From Vicugna vicugna (lineage: Eukaryota), in NCBI GenBank assembly GCA_013265495.1, contig MU058009.1:1986001-2050000 (forward strand): 64,000 bases of DNA, given 5' to 3'. Positions 37,369 through 51,484 of the stretch are shown here, one piece after another (position 1 is the stretch's first letter; each line of letters opens with the position of its first letter). Under the pieces are notes generated by a model. The model did no database searches, was not told the origin of the DNA, and saw only the letters and a list, made by a program, of their open reading frames with translations. A program made the translations under genes and the position numbers.

Positions 37369-40249
37369 CTAAAGAACGATAAAGAAGAGAAGACACCTTA
37401 GTTGTAGCAGGAGGTCACTTTTTTTACTTAGTGAGAGCAGAAATGCAGATCTCAACAGGCTGACTCAAAAAGAACCTATTAGCGGTACACTTCGCATTCT
37501 ACAGGAAATTTCCAGCAGAAGCTGAAGAAACGGCCGCTTTATAAATAACAACATGGTTTTGCATGTTCTTCTCACCGGCCTGTTACCTCACCTGATGGGA
37601 CTACGGGCAAACTGAAGCCTGTAACTGCAGACTTTCACATCAAGCTTGGTAACCAGCCACCTGCCCACTGCCACCTAAGCGCGCTCCAGGACTGGGACTG
37701 GCACCTGAGTTTTATTCTAATACATTCCCTTGGAGAGCTTCATAATAAGCAAGACTTAAAATGGTGTAAATTTTAAAACTGCATTTCTAGTTAGTTTCTA
37801 AGATACGTTATTTAGTGGTTAGGAATTTTCACAGCATTTATAATCTGGAAAGTAAAACTGAAAAAAGAACCAACTCCCTCGTTCTCATTTTATAAGGAGG
37901 ACGAGCCCATTAATCAACACACTTGCCAAACTAACGGCTATAGAAACACAAAACACAACGCGTAAAAAAGCATTTGGTCTTCTATTAACACCCATCAAGG
38001 CAAGAGACAAGGAGATTAATACATGGTAAGGCATTTCCACTGACTGATATGTTATAAAGGCAACAGTGAAAGATCTGAAAGCAAACAAATCCTTAGAAAA
38101 AGACTTGCCGAGAAGTGCAGCTTACAGGGAGAATTACTCTGGGAGTCAACAGACAACAAATGACTATAAGCTCAGAGATCAGCTGCAGGATAGAGGACTA
38201 AGCCACGTGGCCTCAATCCCCCTGCTCAGTTTGCAGATGATTACGGGGATCTTACTGAACCCCACTACAGTTTCCCAAGTCATAAACCCCTTGAGCTGAC
38301 GAGCCTTCTGGTGAATTCTGTTTACCAGAGCAACTTGCGGCCCAGATACACCACTGGACAGGTTACTCCAACCAGATTAAATACTTACCATCCACTTCTT
38401 TTCATTTTATGGGAAACACTATTTATAGACTTCAGCGTGTTTTCTCTGAGCTGTATGAAGGTGATCAATTGTAACCACTTTGCTCATAACTGAGAGGTTT
38501 CCTGGGACTTGAGACCTTCAGTGCTAAAACCAGGAAAGTCCTGAACCGACTGGGACAAGGCAGTCATCCCAGACTGCACACAGATTAAAGAGGAATTATA
38601 TTTTTTCTGTACCAATTACTTACAATTCACTCAGAGTCATCAGTATAATTTTGATGCTATCTCTGACATGCTCTGACACTCTGGGTAAATTATAACCTTG
38701 CTCATACATGACATCCTCGCTGTAAAATTAAATGTGCTCTCTCATCTGCTAGTGAGACACTTACAGCACACTGGGGTCGCTTCAGAAGTACGTTGCACTT
38801 ATCATGCCAGTGTGTAAAAGTGATCGAACTCGTATGAGTTTTACTCCCCCCTAGTTGCCGGCAGATCGTGTGTTAATGAATCTTTGTTGTTTAAGGGTGG
38901 CCATCAAACCATTTCCATTCATTTTTGAACATTTTCTAACAAACTTTAAAATAATTTTAATGAGATTTAGAAGCAAAAACAAATGAGTTATAACATTATA
39001 TATTTGGAAGAACTTTAATTTCTACACTATTCAACATTTCTACCTAGAAACAGGGCAAGTCATTTTTCTAAAGCTTTTGTATCTCACAGTGTAGTTTTCT
39101 AATTTTCTTTACGAAAAGACATATTTCACACATTTCTTGTTAGGGATATTGCTAGGTATGGGGGGGCTGCTTTTGTAGAATACCGCTTTTTTTTCAATTA
39201 TGGCCTTAACTGCTAATTACTGATATGCTAGAAAATGTATTCTTTATGTATGGCTCAAATCTGATCATTTTCTAAACTCTCAACAATTAGGAGGATTCTA
39301 CTTTTGTATTTCATGGATATATAATTGTGTCAAAGCATATATGGTAACTGCATCCTTCCTCTGACAGGAATAATTTCTGGTTTCTTTTTCAGATTTTAAT
39401 AACTGGCCAGAACCTCCAAGATATATGTTAAAAAGCAGGCATTCATCTTTTGATGCTGAATTTGATGGAAATGTCTGTTGAATTTGGCAACTGCATACAA
39501 TGTATATAAGAAAGCATTCTTTTAGTCTCAGATTTCCAGGAACTTTTCAAAAGAATGGGAATTGAATTTTAACTATTGTTCACTCAGCAACAAACGTGTA
39601 AGTGCCTCCTGTATCTTAGGGGCCGTTCTAAGTCCTGAGGCGACAGTGGGGACAAGAGAGACCAGTTCCCTGCTGTCATGGAGCTTACTGAAGGGAGGAC
39701 GACACAGCACAGTTAAATCACAACACTGATGGAGCCAGCACTAACTTCACTCTGCATACACGTTTGTATGTATTAACCACTCATTTCTCAGAAAATCCTA
39801 TAAGGAGAATAGTATCATTATCCCTATTTGTAGATGAAGCAACTCAGGCACAGAGTGCTAAGTAACAAGTCTAAGCTCACATAACCAGGATCAAAAATCA
39901 GGTGGTCTGGCTCAAAACCCAAGCTCTTGGCCACTCTATACAATACAGCCTAAATTAAGACAGCAAGGCAATTTCAGGTTGCTCTCAACTGCCAGTCAGG
40001 AAACAACAGAGTCACAGAACAGTGATGAGAAAAAGAAACCTCCTTGATGAGGTGGTCAGGGAAGGTCTGAGGAAGCCACACACAAGCTGGGAGATGCTAA
40101 TGCAGCGAGCAGGGGGACGGTGTGGACGACGGGGCTGGAGAGGCAGGCAAAGGCCAGCATGAGAGGCCACAGTACAGAGTTTGGGTTTTATGCAATAAAA
40201 ATACACTGAAGAGTTTACACATTTTAGAAGGGTTCTTTAAAAATAACCC

Positions 40250-41170
40250 AATAATGTATTAGAAACCTAAACGTGCATTAATAGGGAACTGATTGAATCA
40301 AGTATGATACGTCTGCACAGAGGAGTCCTGTCTGGCCTTCCGTGGTTTAAGGAGGCTCTCTACCTAATAATATGAAGTGTGCTCAGGATGTATCAAGTCA
40401 GAAAGCAAGGCAGAGAAAAGTACACTCAGCATAAGAAAGGATGGGGAGTAAATACAACACACACATACGTTCACACAGACACATCAATGTGTGTACAGGA
40501 GAGCTCATCTCGGCAAAAAGAAACACGGGAAGGATAAAGCAGATAATTAATATAAATGGGTAAAAATGGGTGGGAATAGGAAGTAAGATTGCTCTGAGTA
40601 TATCTTTTTATAGAGTTTGACTTCTGAATTATGTTAATGTTCTGTCTATGTGTTCAAATATAAACTGATTTAGAACATTAAAAAAAGCAAATCCTAATAT
40701 TAAAAATAACCTAAGCAATGTATCTAATAATATATAGAGAAAATACTTTAAATGACTTAAAAACAGTAAACTGAGAGTAAACTGCGTTTACTGGGATATA
40801 TTCCAGCGACAAAACAACTGCCCAGGCACCAAGCTGTACGTGGCTTCATTCAGCTGTTTCACTACTGGTAACAGTATCAGCAGTGTAATTCTGAAACAAT
40901 TTTATACATATTGTTGGACAAAACAAATAAATATATTGTTATTAGGAACCAAGACTTTTAGTGTGAGAGAAAGGGGATACAATGATAAAATCAAAGCATT
41001 TAAGAAAAAAAAAAAACCTTCTAATGTTAACTGTGAGTTGGAAATACGAACATGAACTCAAAGTTCCCCTAAGTGCTGGCCACTGAAAAGGCTTAGAAAC
41101 AGTGACATTCCAGTTGCAATGAACACCTTTGGTCTCAGATCTGGGTTTTTAAATATCATTGCCTAATAAA
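40250..41170 (+). mobile_element. Old L1 (L1MC/L1ME-like) 3' fragments
   Basis: TGTTATTAGGAACCAAGA...GAGAAAGGGATACA and GGCCACTGAAAAGGCTTAGAAACAGTGAC motifs resemble L1MC 3' UTRs. Confidence 0.5.
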
Positions 41171-43751
41171 ATGAACCAGCAGTCCTTGGAGAAACGCCTG
41201 TTTGCGAGTTAACCGCAGGGGAAGCAGGAGGTGAGACTGGGGTGTCTGCTGTGACGAAGCAGGGGAGACACCCACACCCGTAAGGAGCTGGGCCGCAGGG
41301 ACCAAGCTGAGTGGACTCCCTGTGGCCAGCTTCGGGACATCACCAAGAATGACTATGAAGAAAGGATGGAAAGGAGTGACGACTGTCAGCACAGATGGAG
41401 AGAGAACATTTTAGAAACTGCATGATAGTTTGCCACCTCGAACTGGGCTCCCTACTAGCAGAGGAAGGGATAAGCTTATTTCTTTCACACAATTAGCAGT
41501 ATCATACCTGGAATTACTGATTGCAATTAACTACATATTAACCAGGAAATATGCTCACAGTTCAGTGATAACTGCATGGAAACAGCTTTATAATCACTAT
41601 CCTCCAACCAAACTCTCATACACAATAAAATCACAGCAGTCAGAGGGCAGCCTGTTCAGAACCGGACTTTCCAGGTCACCTGCTGGTGCTGACGCCGTCT
41701 TCGGTGTGCTAAGTCTGGCTCAGGAAGGAGGAAACATGGCTCTCTCTTCCTGTTAGGGTAAAGACCATTCATATTTATTTTTCCTAAATAATGACCTAAG
41801 ACTCACTTAAGTCAGAGCTGCAGTATGACACAAAATGAAGACCAGAGGAGAGTGTCATCAGAACCCTGCGCCCCGACATGGCACATCTGGCACTGAGGGT
41901 TCTGGGAAATTGTGTGGATACACATGCAACCCGGCTACTCCGTGTGGCCACGCTGCTTCTCTTACCTTTCCAAAAAAATGCTACTAAGTAAATTAGGAAC
42001 CTTAAATCCGAACTTGTAATGCGAATAGGGGGTGGTAACTGTGGTCTCTTCCTGCCAATATATACCCCATGTGGTCTTAAATAATTTCTAAGTCTTCAAA
42101 GGAAGAGTAAGCTATGTTCTGCACAGCTTTAGTGTTGCTACTGTTGCTGCTGTAATCGGCACTCTAATCCACTGAGGAAGAGAGAGTTGCGGTGAAAAGC
42201 TCTGGCTCCCGCAGTGAAATAATCAATTATCTATCAAGACAGATGAACTTCAATGCACTGGATTTTAAACTAATAAAAATACTCAATTCAGTTACAGTCA
42301 AATTTGAGGATCTAACAACACTTCCAAATATAAATGTGTTCCTTCATTTTATATTTTCTTCCCATTTCTTAGACAATAATACGGCTAAAAGAAGCCTCTT
42401 TTGGACACCACACTGTCCGCACCAATTACCTTATAACAAAGCTAGTAAACTGCTTGTTAGCAAACTACCTTCTGAGGACCAGAAGTATGGGACACTGTCC
42501 GTTACATCAGGAGACTTCTGAGGAAGAAGAGTGACGGATCGGTTTTAGTCATTTGTGTGCCTACCAACCCATTTCAGCGGAGGAACCTTGGAATGCAGTG
42601 GGAAGGGTGTGAGGGTTGAAGCCCACCAAATATGCTGGAGTAGAGAAATGGAAATGTTAACAATAACATTTTCACAGATAAAACACATAAAAATAAAACA
42701 CAAAACAATACTTAGACAAAGCAAATCATACCACCGTGTACTCGAATTCCCTATGCTTGAAGTTAAAATGCAACCTGTGCCTCAATGCTCCTTTCTTCCG
42801 TATCATTCAGACAACATTTCAGTCTGCAACCTTCTTTCAAACCTGAGACAAACCCAGCCAGACCAGTCTCTCCAGAAGCTGAAAGCTTTAGCAGTATGGC
42901 ACTTAACTTAGTATCTCCAAGGTAAATCTTTATGATACAGTAACCAGTTTACAGGGGCACACTGAACCCTGACACACACAGCTGGGGCACTAGGTGTCAG
43001 TGTTCCCAATTCCACAAGTACAGTGTTTCTCCAGCAAAACCAAAGAACTGTTACTTTCTCACAACACTTCACTTAAACCAGAGTTCTCTAAACTGGGTCT
43101 CAGAAATCTAGACTGATGTGGGAGAATTCTGGGCTTGGGTTAATTTCTCAGGAAATTAAACTAATCAAAGGAAGATGGTTTGTGCCAGATAATGGCCTCG
43201 GTATTATTTATTTGATTATACGTACCAAGTTCTAAGATCTATCATAAAGTCAGAAAGTCAAGCAGACAAAACAAGAGGGTAGAGGTGGGATGTACAGTAC
43301 CCAAAGAGACTGTCTTGATTAGGCCTAAGGTACAATAATGTATGAGTGTAAAGTTTAGCATGTCCAGTAGATTTTCACAATTGCACACAATGTCCTCTCT
43401 TTTTGCATAAAGTTTTCAAACACAGATTAGATGACCATTTGATGGGAATTCAACAGACCGGAATAGAAACACAGGGAGCTGGATTCCAGGGTATTTAAGG
43501 GTTTTATAACCTCTCAAATTCTGCCCCCTGTTGCATATTTTGAAATATTTTCTGTTAATAAATATGAGAAGATTCACATTTTAGTACAAAATTTCATAAA
43601 TTTGCTTTCCTTTAAGGCATAACAATATATATACATTCATACCAATAGATATGGAGAAAGGCTTTTTCTCTAAGCAATGTCAAATTGATTTTTCCTTTAC
43701 TTTGTTATTATTTTAGACTAATTTTCTACAAAATTTTGCTCTTCAAGATCA

Positions 43752-44415
43752 GTCAAGATGGCAGAACAGAAAGGCCCTGCGCTTTTACCTCCTCTCACGG
43801 GCACACCGAAACTACAAGTATTCGCTGAGCAGCCATCGATGAAAAACACCAGGACCTACCAGGAAATATACTCCACAACTAAAGATATAAAGAAGAAACC
43901 ACAACAAAACAGGCAGGAGGGGTGGAGTCACGATCTAGTCAAGTCCTGGGTCGGTGACCCACAAATGGGAGGATAATTACAATTGCAAAGGTTCTACCAA
44001 AGAAATGAGGGGAAAGAAATAAAAGGAATCCAAATTGGAAAGGAAGAAGTAAAACTGTCACTGTTTGCAGTGATGCTGCAAATGACACCATACACAGGAA
44101 AACCAGCAAGACACCACCAAAAGACTACCAGAGCGCGTCCGTGAATTCAGTAAAGTTGCAGGATACAAAAGTAATACACAGACACCTGTTTCATTTCTAT
44201 ACAACAATGAATTGTCAAAAAGAAAAAGAAAGGAAACAATCCCACTTACAATCACATCAAACAGAACAAAATACCTTGGAATAAACCTACATAAAGAGGT
44301 AAAAGACCGGTACTTGGAAAACTGTAAGACACCAATGAAAGAAACTGAAGAAACTGAAGATGGAAAGATACACCGTGCTCTTGGATTGGAAGAATTCATA
44401 CTGTTTAAATGGCCA
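43752..44415 (+). mobile_element. L1 remnant: 5'-end-like segment joined directly to an ORF2 RT-region segment
   Basis: AAGATGGC... 5' start. From about 44014: AGAAATAAAAGGAATCCAAATTGGAAAGGAAGAAGTAAAACTGTCACTGTTTGCAG (EIKGIQIGKEEVKLSLFA), later KYLGINL. Confidence 0.8.
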
Positions 44416-44699
44416 GTACCTTCATTTTAACTACATTACAGTATTCTCCTGCAGGCACCCAGTACAACCTGAACTCCCGCACCACGAGCTGCCATTAGAA
44501 GAGCTTCCGAGCGCTGGTCAGCACAGTCAAGGCTGCACTGAGCAACGGGGCAGTGAGAACCTCCCCGGCACTCATGTGGGGACCAGGGCAGCGGGGCTGT
44601 ACAGCATGTTACCTTCCGACCACATGTCACCCTGGCTCACGTATTCTCCAAAGCGGCCTACCAACATTACACTCCCGTAGGCTGCATTTCTGGATTCCC

Positions 44700-45380
44700 A
44701 CTCTTCATTTCTTTGTCCTGTTTAGCTCTGTCTTCACTTTTGTCAAACTGATTTAGTCTGAAATGTCACTCTGCTTCCAAACACATTTCTGTGCTTGCTA
44801 ATCAGGTTAGACATTGTTTCACGCTGACTGGCCATTCTGTTTTCCTCTTCAGTGAAGTAACTGTTCACACCCTTTGCCCATTTTACTATTTGGCTGTCTT
44901 TTTCTCATCAATGGGCAAGAATCCTTTATATAATCTGGAATTGAACCCCTTGTCAGTTATGCATGTTACAAACATGTTCTCCCAGGCTTTGGCTTATCTT
45001 TTACTGTATAGTTTTCTCATCATGTCTTTATGTATGGTCTCCATGCTCTAAGACATCTCTCCTTATCTAAACATGCTGTCCTATTTCTTCTAAGCCTTTC
45101 TTTCCCTAAAGCTTTTCCACTTTTTTTAGGCTTTTAGTTGACTCTGAACTTTTTCGTGTGTTTAAGATGGGGCAGAGATATAATCACACTACTTTTCTCT
45201 TTATGCACAACCACCTATTTCATCACCTTTTACTGGATAATTCTTTCTCCACTGATTTGCAAGGTTAATTCTTATATCAAAACTGTGTATAGTGTGTGAG
45301 GGGTCTGCTTCTGCATTCTCTCAGTTCTACCAGTCTGCTCTTCATCAATATCTCACCTTTCTTAATCTCTAGCATTGTAC
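44700..45380 (-). mobile_element. Ancient antisense L1 fragment
   Basis: TGGCCATT..TTCCTCTTCAGTGAAG..CTGTTCA..CCTTTGCCCATTTT pattern of antisense L1M ORF2. Confidence 0.6.
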
Positions 45381-45388
45381 AGGTCTTA

Positions 45389-45553
45389 GCAACAAGGACC
45401 TACTGTATAGCACAGGGAACTATATTCAATTTCTTATAATGAGAGGTAATGGAAAAGAATCTGAAAAAAATATATATGTATGTATATGTATAACTGAATC
45501 GCTTGGCTGGACACCTGAAACTAACATTGTAAATCGACTATACTTCAATAAAA
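45389..45553 (+). mobile_element. Short L1 3'-end fragment of the same family as 5510-5996
   Basis: CAACAAGGACCTACTGTATAGCACAGGGAACTATATTCAA...ACTATACTTCAATAAAA. Confidence 0.8.
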
Positions 45554-46922
45554 TGTAAGAATTTAAAAACAGTTTTAAATGCTAGATTAAAAAAACTTAG
45601 GCCTTAAGCGAAGGCAAGATCCCATCTTAGAAACCGTAATAAACATAGGAATTCTATAAACACTAGAAGCGCATTTCAATAAACAAACACAAACATAAAA
45701 GAATTCCACAGGTACAAGTATAGACAGAATTCTAAAAACAGAAGAACGGTAACGGGCTGCTGATGCCTTAAACGGCAGCAAAGAAACATGACGCAGATTC
45801 ACATTTACAGTCTTAATGAAACAGCTGAAGTGAACTGTGTTACTTAGTATTTTCAAATTTATTAAAAGGGATATTGGCAAGAGATGCCAAAACTAATCTT
45901 TTTAAAAATATGTATCTGTCTCCTTTATTTGGGTAAATTTAAAACTAGTAGAATTTTGTTCCTCCAGAAAGACAGAGAACTTGAAATTTTATAAAATTAA
46001 AAAGCAACAAAAATTAACTTATTTTCAGCATGCATTGTCATAGGTCCTGAAAGGATCTGTAGGCAACTGAGAAACGTAGCTTTTGAACCAGTTTAGTCAG
46101 CATTTGTGCTGGGAAAAATATGGTATAGTTCTTATTCAGTTTATAGCTTTGAGTATATCAATTAAATTAGGTTTAAACTAAATCAACAAAGCTTTTACTT
46201 GATAATAAATGGACCTGGAGGTTAAGTTGATTCACAGGAGTAATTACTTGACAAACTTTTAAATAAAAATTCCTTTATGAGCAAGATTCTAATATTTGAC
46301 TCAAATATTAGTTAAACTAAAAACTCTTTTTCTAGAAACTGGAATAGACTCCCTTGTAACTTTTCTTTTTTATAACATAGAAGAGCTTTAAATAAATAAA
46401 GTAAAAGGATGAATATGATATAAAGAAAGCTCTGACAGCCAGTAACTAAAAATATACATGAATAATTTTCAGTGTTTCTTTAGTCTTACAAAAGACACCC
46501 TCCAAATCAGAGTTAAAGATTTTCTTGAAAACCAAACTCAGAGGAGTTTTTATATGACGGAATAAGGACATGTCCAAGAAATTGTCACCGACTCTATTTC
46601 TATCTCCATAAATCTTCTGGTCTATCTTGTTAGATCTGCCTCCTCTCTGGCTCCACCCACTGGCCTGCTCCCAGTCCTACAAAGGCAGTAAGAAGAAAAA
46701 AATAAATCGAATCCTAAACCAGATAGCCAATGAAAATTGAAGGAAAATCTAGAAATTACAGTAATATCATAACAGTAATTACAGTACAGCTAACATTTAC
46801 TGAGTGCTTACTATGCTCCAGTGCTTTACAAGCGGTAATTAAAATTCAGTTTGTGTTAGCCTCACACTCTAAGTGATTTAAACTCAAAATATAAACCAAT
46901 ATAGAAACAGAATTGTCTCCTT

Positions 46923-47044
46923 GGGGGGAGGGTATAGCTCAGAGGTAGAGCACGTGCTTATTGTGCACAAGTCCGGGTTGAATCCCAGGTACCTCCATTA
47001 AAAATAAATAAATAAATCTAATTGCCTCCTTCCCCCCCCCAAAA
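46923..47044 (+). mobile_element. tRNA-derived SINE, Vic-1-like longer form, with TSD
   Basis: GGGGAGGGTATAGCTCAGAGGTAGAGCAC...TACCTCCATTAAAAATAAATAAATAAATCTAATTGCCTCC. TSD AGAATTGT(C/T)TCCTT at 46909-46922 and 47045-47058. Confidence 0.85.
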
Positions 47045-50000
47045 AGAATTGTTTCCTTAAAAGTGTATGTCAGAAGAAGAGGTAGACTAAACAAAATCTA
47101 AACTCCCATTACCTTCAATGTAGTGACTTTTAAATATAATAAGGTTATCAGAAATAATGATACTTTATACCTTTTCCTTATGTATCTAGCTCTAATTATC
47201 AACTATCAAATATCAAATCCTCATATTTCAATTCATTTTCTTTTGTTTATTTGGTGCTATCCTGTAATATAATTTTTGTGTAAAATGTTAGCAATCCTAT
47301 TTGAAGATTCAGAAATCCATACTGAACCAATGGTGTACTAACTGGAAGCTTGTATGTCTTTCCAATAATAAAACAGATAGCTCAACATAGGTCGTCCATT
47401 CACCACGCCCACTACCGGCCAGGCATGAGCAAGTGAAAGTGCACGGGACCAGGGACCTGGAGGTGTGGTTTAGGTCCTGACTGAGCAACAAGTTGCTCTA
47501 AGAGCTTAGACAATGTAATTAACCAATTTAGATCTCAGTTTAAACAATACGAACAATGGGAAGTCTGAGCAGGCAATTTATGAATTGTAGATTTCAGTGA
47601 AAATACCTGAGGAATCATGAAGCACTCTGAGAAAGTACAAAGTTAGCACAGAAAGCTCCAGAGGCTGTGGAAGAGGTCTTTGCTTTAGGGAACTTTATCA
47701 AGACAAAAAGGACATCACTTAAATTTTCACTGGACAGCTGTATCGAATAAAACAGATGCAGCTTTCTGAATTATCTTGGAAAAGGCTGGTATAAAAATTT
47801 AAGAAAGATCATTGTTAAATGCTACTATTTCATGCATAGGATATTAGGTTTAGCACTTTTAAGGTTAAACTGATTTAAATTAAATCACTTTCCTTTTCTC
47901 TATGAAAACGTGGAATAGTAGTAAGGAGTCCTTATGTAACTAATTTACGCAACATGCTTACAACTGTTTTCAGAACTCGATGCAGAAGTGCACTGCCTTT
48001 AATTGTTAAAGGCATTTACAGTTGCTGACCATGCCATATGACACTGTTGTTTGTTTCTTTGATTTATTTGCTAGCAAGTCCTTGTTGAACACAACAATGA
48101 CCATTTATAATATAGTTTTTATTAGAAAATCCCACATACTTTATAAAGATTAATCTCTGAACTAGGTCTCAGGAATTCACTATAGTAAGAGGAAAAAAAG
48201 GTAAATATTACCTATACGTTCTAAATTTCTGAAAACTTACATTCTATCCGCTTGATACACAGAATGAAAAATCCTCACTGTGTCTCTAGGAACTACTGAG
48301 TTTACTTCTTATTTTTAAAGCAGGAATAAAGCAGTTTCAGCCTTGGGTTTCACTGCACCCCCTCCCCTCCCATCCCAAAGTAGATGCCCAAGAAAATCTG
48401 TAGACAAATTTGAGTATTAATTCTTAATATACAGTCGCAATTATGATGGAATAAGAATGCAGAGGATCACTTTCGATCAGTATGTCATAAACAGTTTTAG
48501 AAGGAAGGGAACAAACACAGTTCTCTAACTGATGCGTGTAACAGCTGCTAGGGGCATATCTGGGACCAGCCCAGGGATGAGGTTCCAGAATGTGGATGAC
48601 TGTGACAGTTTTGACATCTGTACATTCCAACCTCAAAGGAAATCAGGTATTTGAGAAATGTCATGTACATGCAATACTGGATTTAAAATAGCACTGGCAG
48701 TAATGGCTCTTGTCTGAAAAAACTGGAAAGCTACTAACAGTTACATAAGTCAAACAGGCTTGCACTTCACAGGAGAAAAGAGGAGGCATTTCGAAAGGCA
48801 CTACTGACTGGAATGCAAATGGATGACACTAATAGATCTAGGAAATAAATCTGTAGTAAAGTTTAGATAAGAGCTTTTCAGACACAGACAAGATAAGAGC
48901 AGTTCAGAGCAGAAAACAGGCAACAAACTGCTCCTTCCAAATGCCCAGCACAGCTCTTGTGTGGAATGGCACACCTGTGGGCAACAGAAAGGTTCAGAGT
49001 ACTTGAATAAAATGAATAAAATGTGTCTCTTTCTCAGGGTTAGCAATGAACACAAAGGAACCTCGGCCGCTGTTCCTAGAGGACTTGAACATGATAAAGC
49101 ACTGAGTTAAGAGCTTTAAAGTCACGATTCCCTTGGGAAAACAGGCATCAGGTTTGGATAAGACACTCTTACTATTTACATTAAACATGTACTTTTCCAG
49201 GAGCTACAAATTTCAGTAGTAACAAAGAAGGCTCAAATTTAGCTTATGTGAGTTTACAGTGATAAAAGTAAGTTTTACATTTTTCTTGCTAAAACTGACA
49301 CTGATTTTTATGTAAAGATTTAAATTACAAATTAAAACAATAAATGTGATTGGCTTTGTTCAACTCTGTACAAAAACAAAGTAAAAAAAATTTTTTTAAC
49401 CTGGTGACTGTACCCCCTCAGTTATTATATAAAAGAGTCTGACTAATTTCAGTTCTAAATACAGGACAAAAAGATTTGCATTCTAGCAGAGGAGAGTAGG
49501 AGGAAACGAGGTGGATATAAATTTCTGACATTAAAGGATTCTAGCACTAGAATGAGTTATAATATATACAGCACAGAAACATCTCTGCTAAGGGTTTTTG
49601 AATAATCAGAGCCCTTATTTTCCCAGGATGAACTAGTACTATTTCATATGAAGCTTAAAGACTAGTATTATTTTAAGAGAACATTTATTTATGCATCTCT
49701 CTTATAAAAATTAAATCATAATAACTACAAAGTCTTAAGAATTCAGTAATATCAAAGGTAAGAGGACTACATGAAGTTCTAGAAATCTGAACATTTAGAA
49801 CCCTAATCTTAAAAGTGTAAAAACTGTTTTCCTGAAATTATTTTTCTTTTTTTAATTAGATTAAAATGCAAGCATACTCACTTTGATGTCATATCATCCT
49901 CTGCACTTGATTAAGCTATGAAGTCTGGTGTGGAACACAGGGGTGGGTTTTGTTTGTTTTTGTGGGTGGTTTTGTTCCCCGCCCCCTGTTTCCTTTTTTT

Positions 50001-51484
50001 CCAGGAGCTGGAGGAGAAAGGTTCTGTATTTGGAGAACACGGAACTGATCATGAGAACTCCTTATTTAAAGGCAGCAGTCTCAGAAGCTTGCCCCTTAGC
50101 ATGGGGAATGAGGACATGGACTTTGGAGTCAGACGGACCTGAGGGTTTGAATCCACTCCCTAATCATTTTCCAATCTGCAAAGTCTCGAGCAAATGAGCT
50201 ATTTAAGTCTCAGTTCCCTCAAACACATAATGAGAATGATCCTACCACTCAAGGCTCATGCGGAACAGCGTACGCCAACCACTTAACCCAGTAAGTGTCC
50301 GTGAACAGGAGTTATTTCACCCTGTAACCTCTTTACTTCTAAACACTTTTAGAATCCTCCAACCAGACCCCGAGTCAGCTCTCCAACCAGGTTTAATCAT
50401 TTCTGGTTGTACCTCCTTAATCCAGGGCTGAGGTCACGGGGAAGGGGGCACACAAACATGGGATCACTTTCCAGTCCTTCCTCCTGTAGCCATCTTACAC
50501 ATAAACCTGAGAAACTTAAGATTTCTGCTTTCTCCTACTGAATATCATATAGCACTACATAATATGTTACAAAGGAGAAGTTATGGTCTCAAACTATCAT
50601 CATATGAGCAACGGTGCTTTCTGAAAAGCTGACAATGAAAAAGAGCTCTAAATTCTGAAGTTACCCATTTATGGTTTTGACGATTAAAATATCAGTATCA
50701 TCTAAATAGTAGTAGGAAAGAACACTGTTTAACTGTGATCTGTGATTCGGAGAAAACGGTGGTCTCCCTATTATCCTAATGAAAAGCACTTACAATCACG
50801 GTCTGGAGAAGCACCATATAAATATGGGAGACCTCCCTAATGGTAAGGAAATCTCTGTAAGACGGAAAAAAGACTCAATACTAATGTTTCATGGACAGAG
50901 GTGATTAGCCTTACTAATGCCAATGAGTAAAATAAAAATACCAAAACCTGAAGAAGGAAGGGCGGAAGGGTTATTTCCTTGTGCTAATCTGAACAGCCTT
51001 TCTCACACAGCCCACCAACGTCTTCACAGTACATCAGTGATGCCTGCGTTCTATGAGTCAATAATTGAAATGTTGTTATATTAAACCAGCAGGAAAAAAA
51101 ATTTAATATGATCTATACTTGTTGCTTATGAAACAAAGGAACATTCTTTTAATCATGAAAACTCTTTACATTAACCTAAGGCCTAGAAAACATTAAGAAA
51201 TAAGCTGATTTAAAACAGAAAAATGAGTATTTCCTGAAACTAACTAGGAAAGTAAGAGAAACATTGCCCAGTACCTTCAGAGCACAGTCTACTTCAAAAA
51301 ATGCTCATCTCTCTACACACATGACAAACATTAAAGATTACTGAGCCTTGGATAATTAAATAACTGCTCACCTAAACGCAGCCAAGGAAACATGAGCCCC
51401 AAAATAATATAAAAGCAGCCTCAGTGAAATATTCTGAGAACTGCTGGAGTCAAACATCTGAATAATTCACTGAGATGTCCTTAC

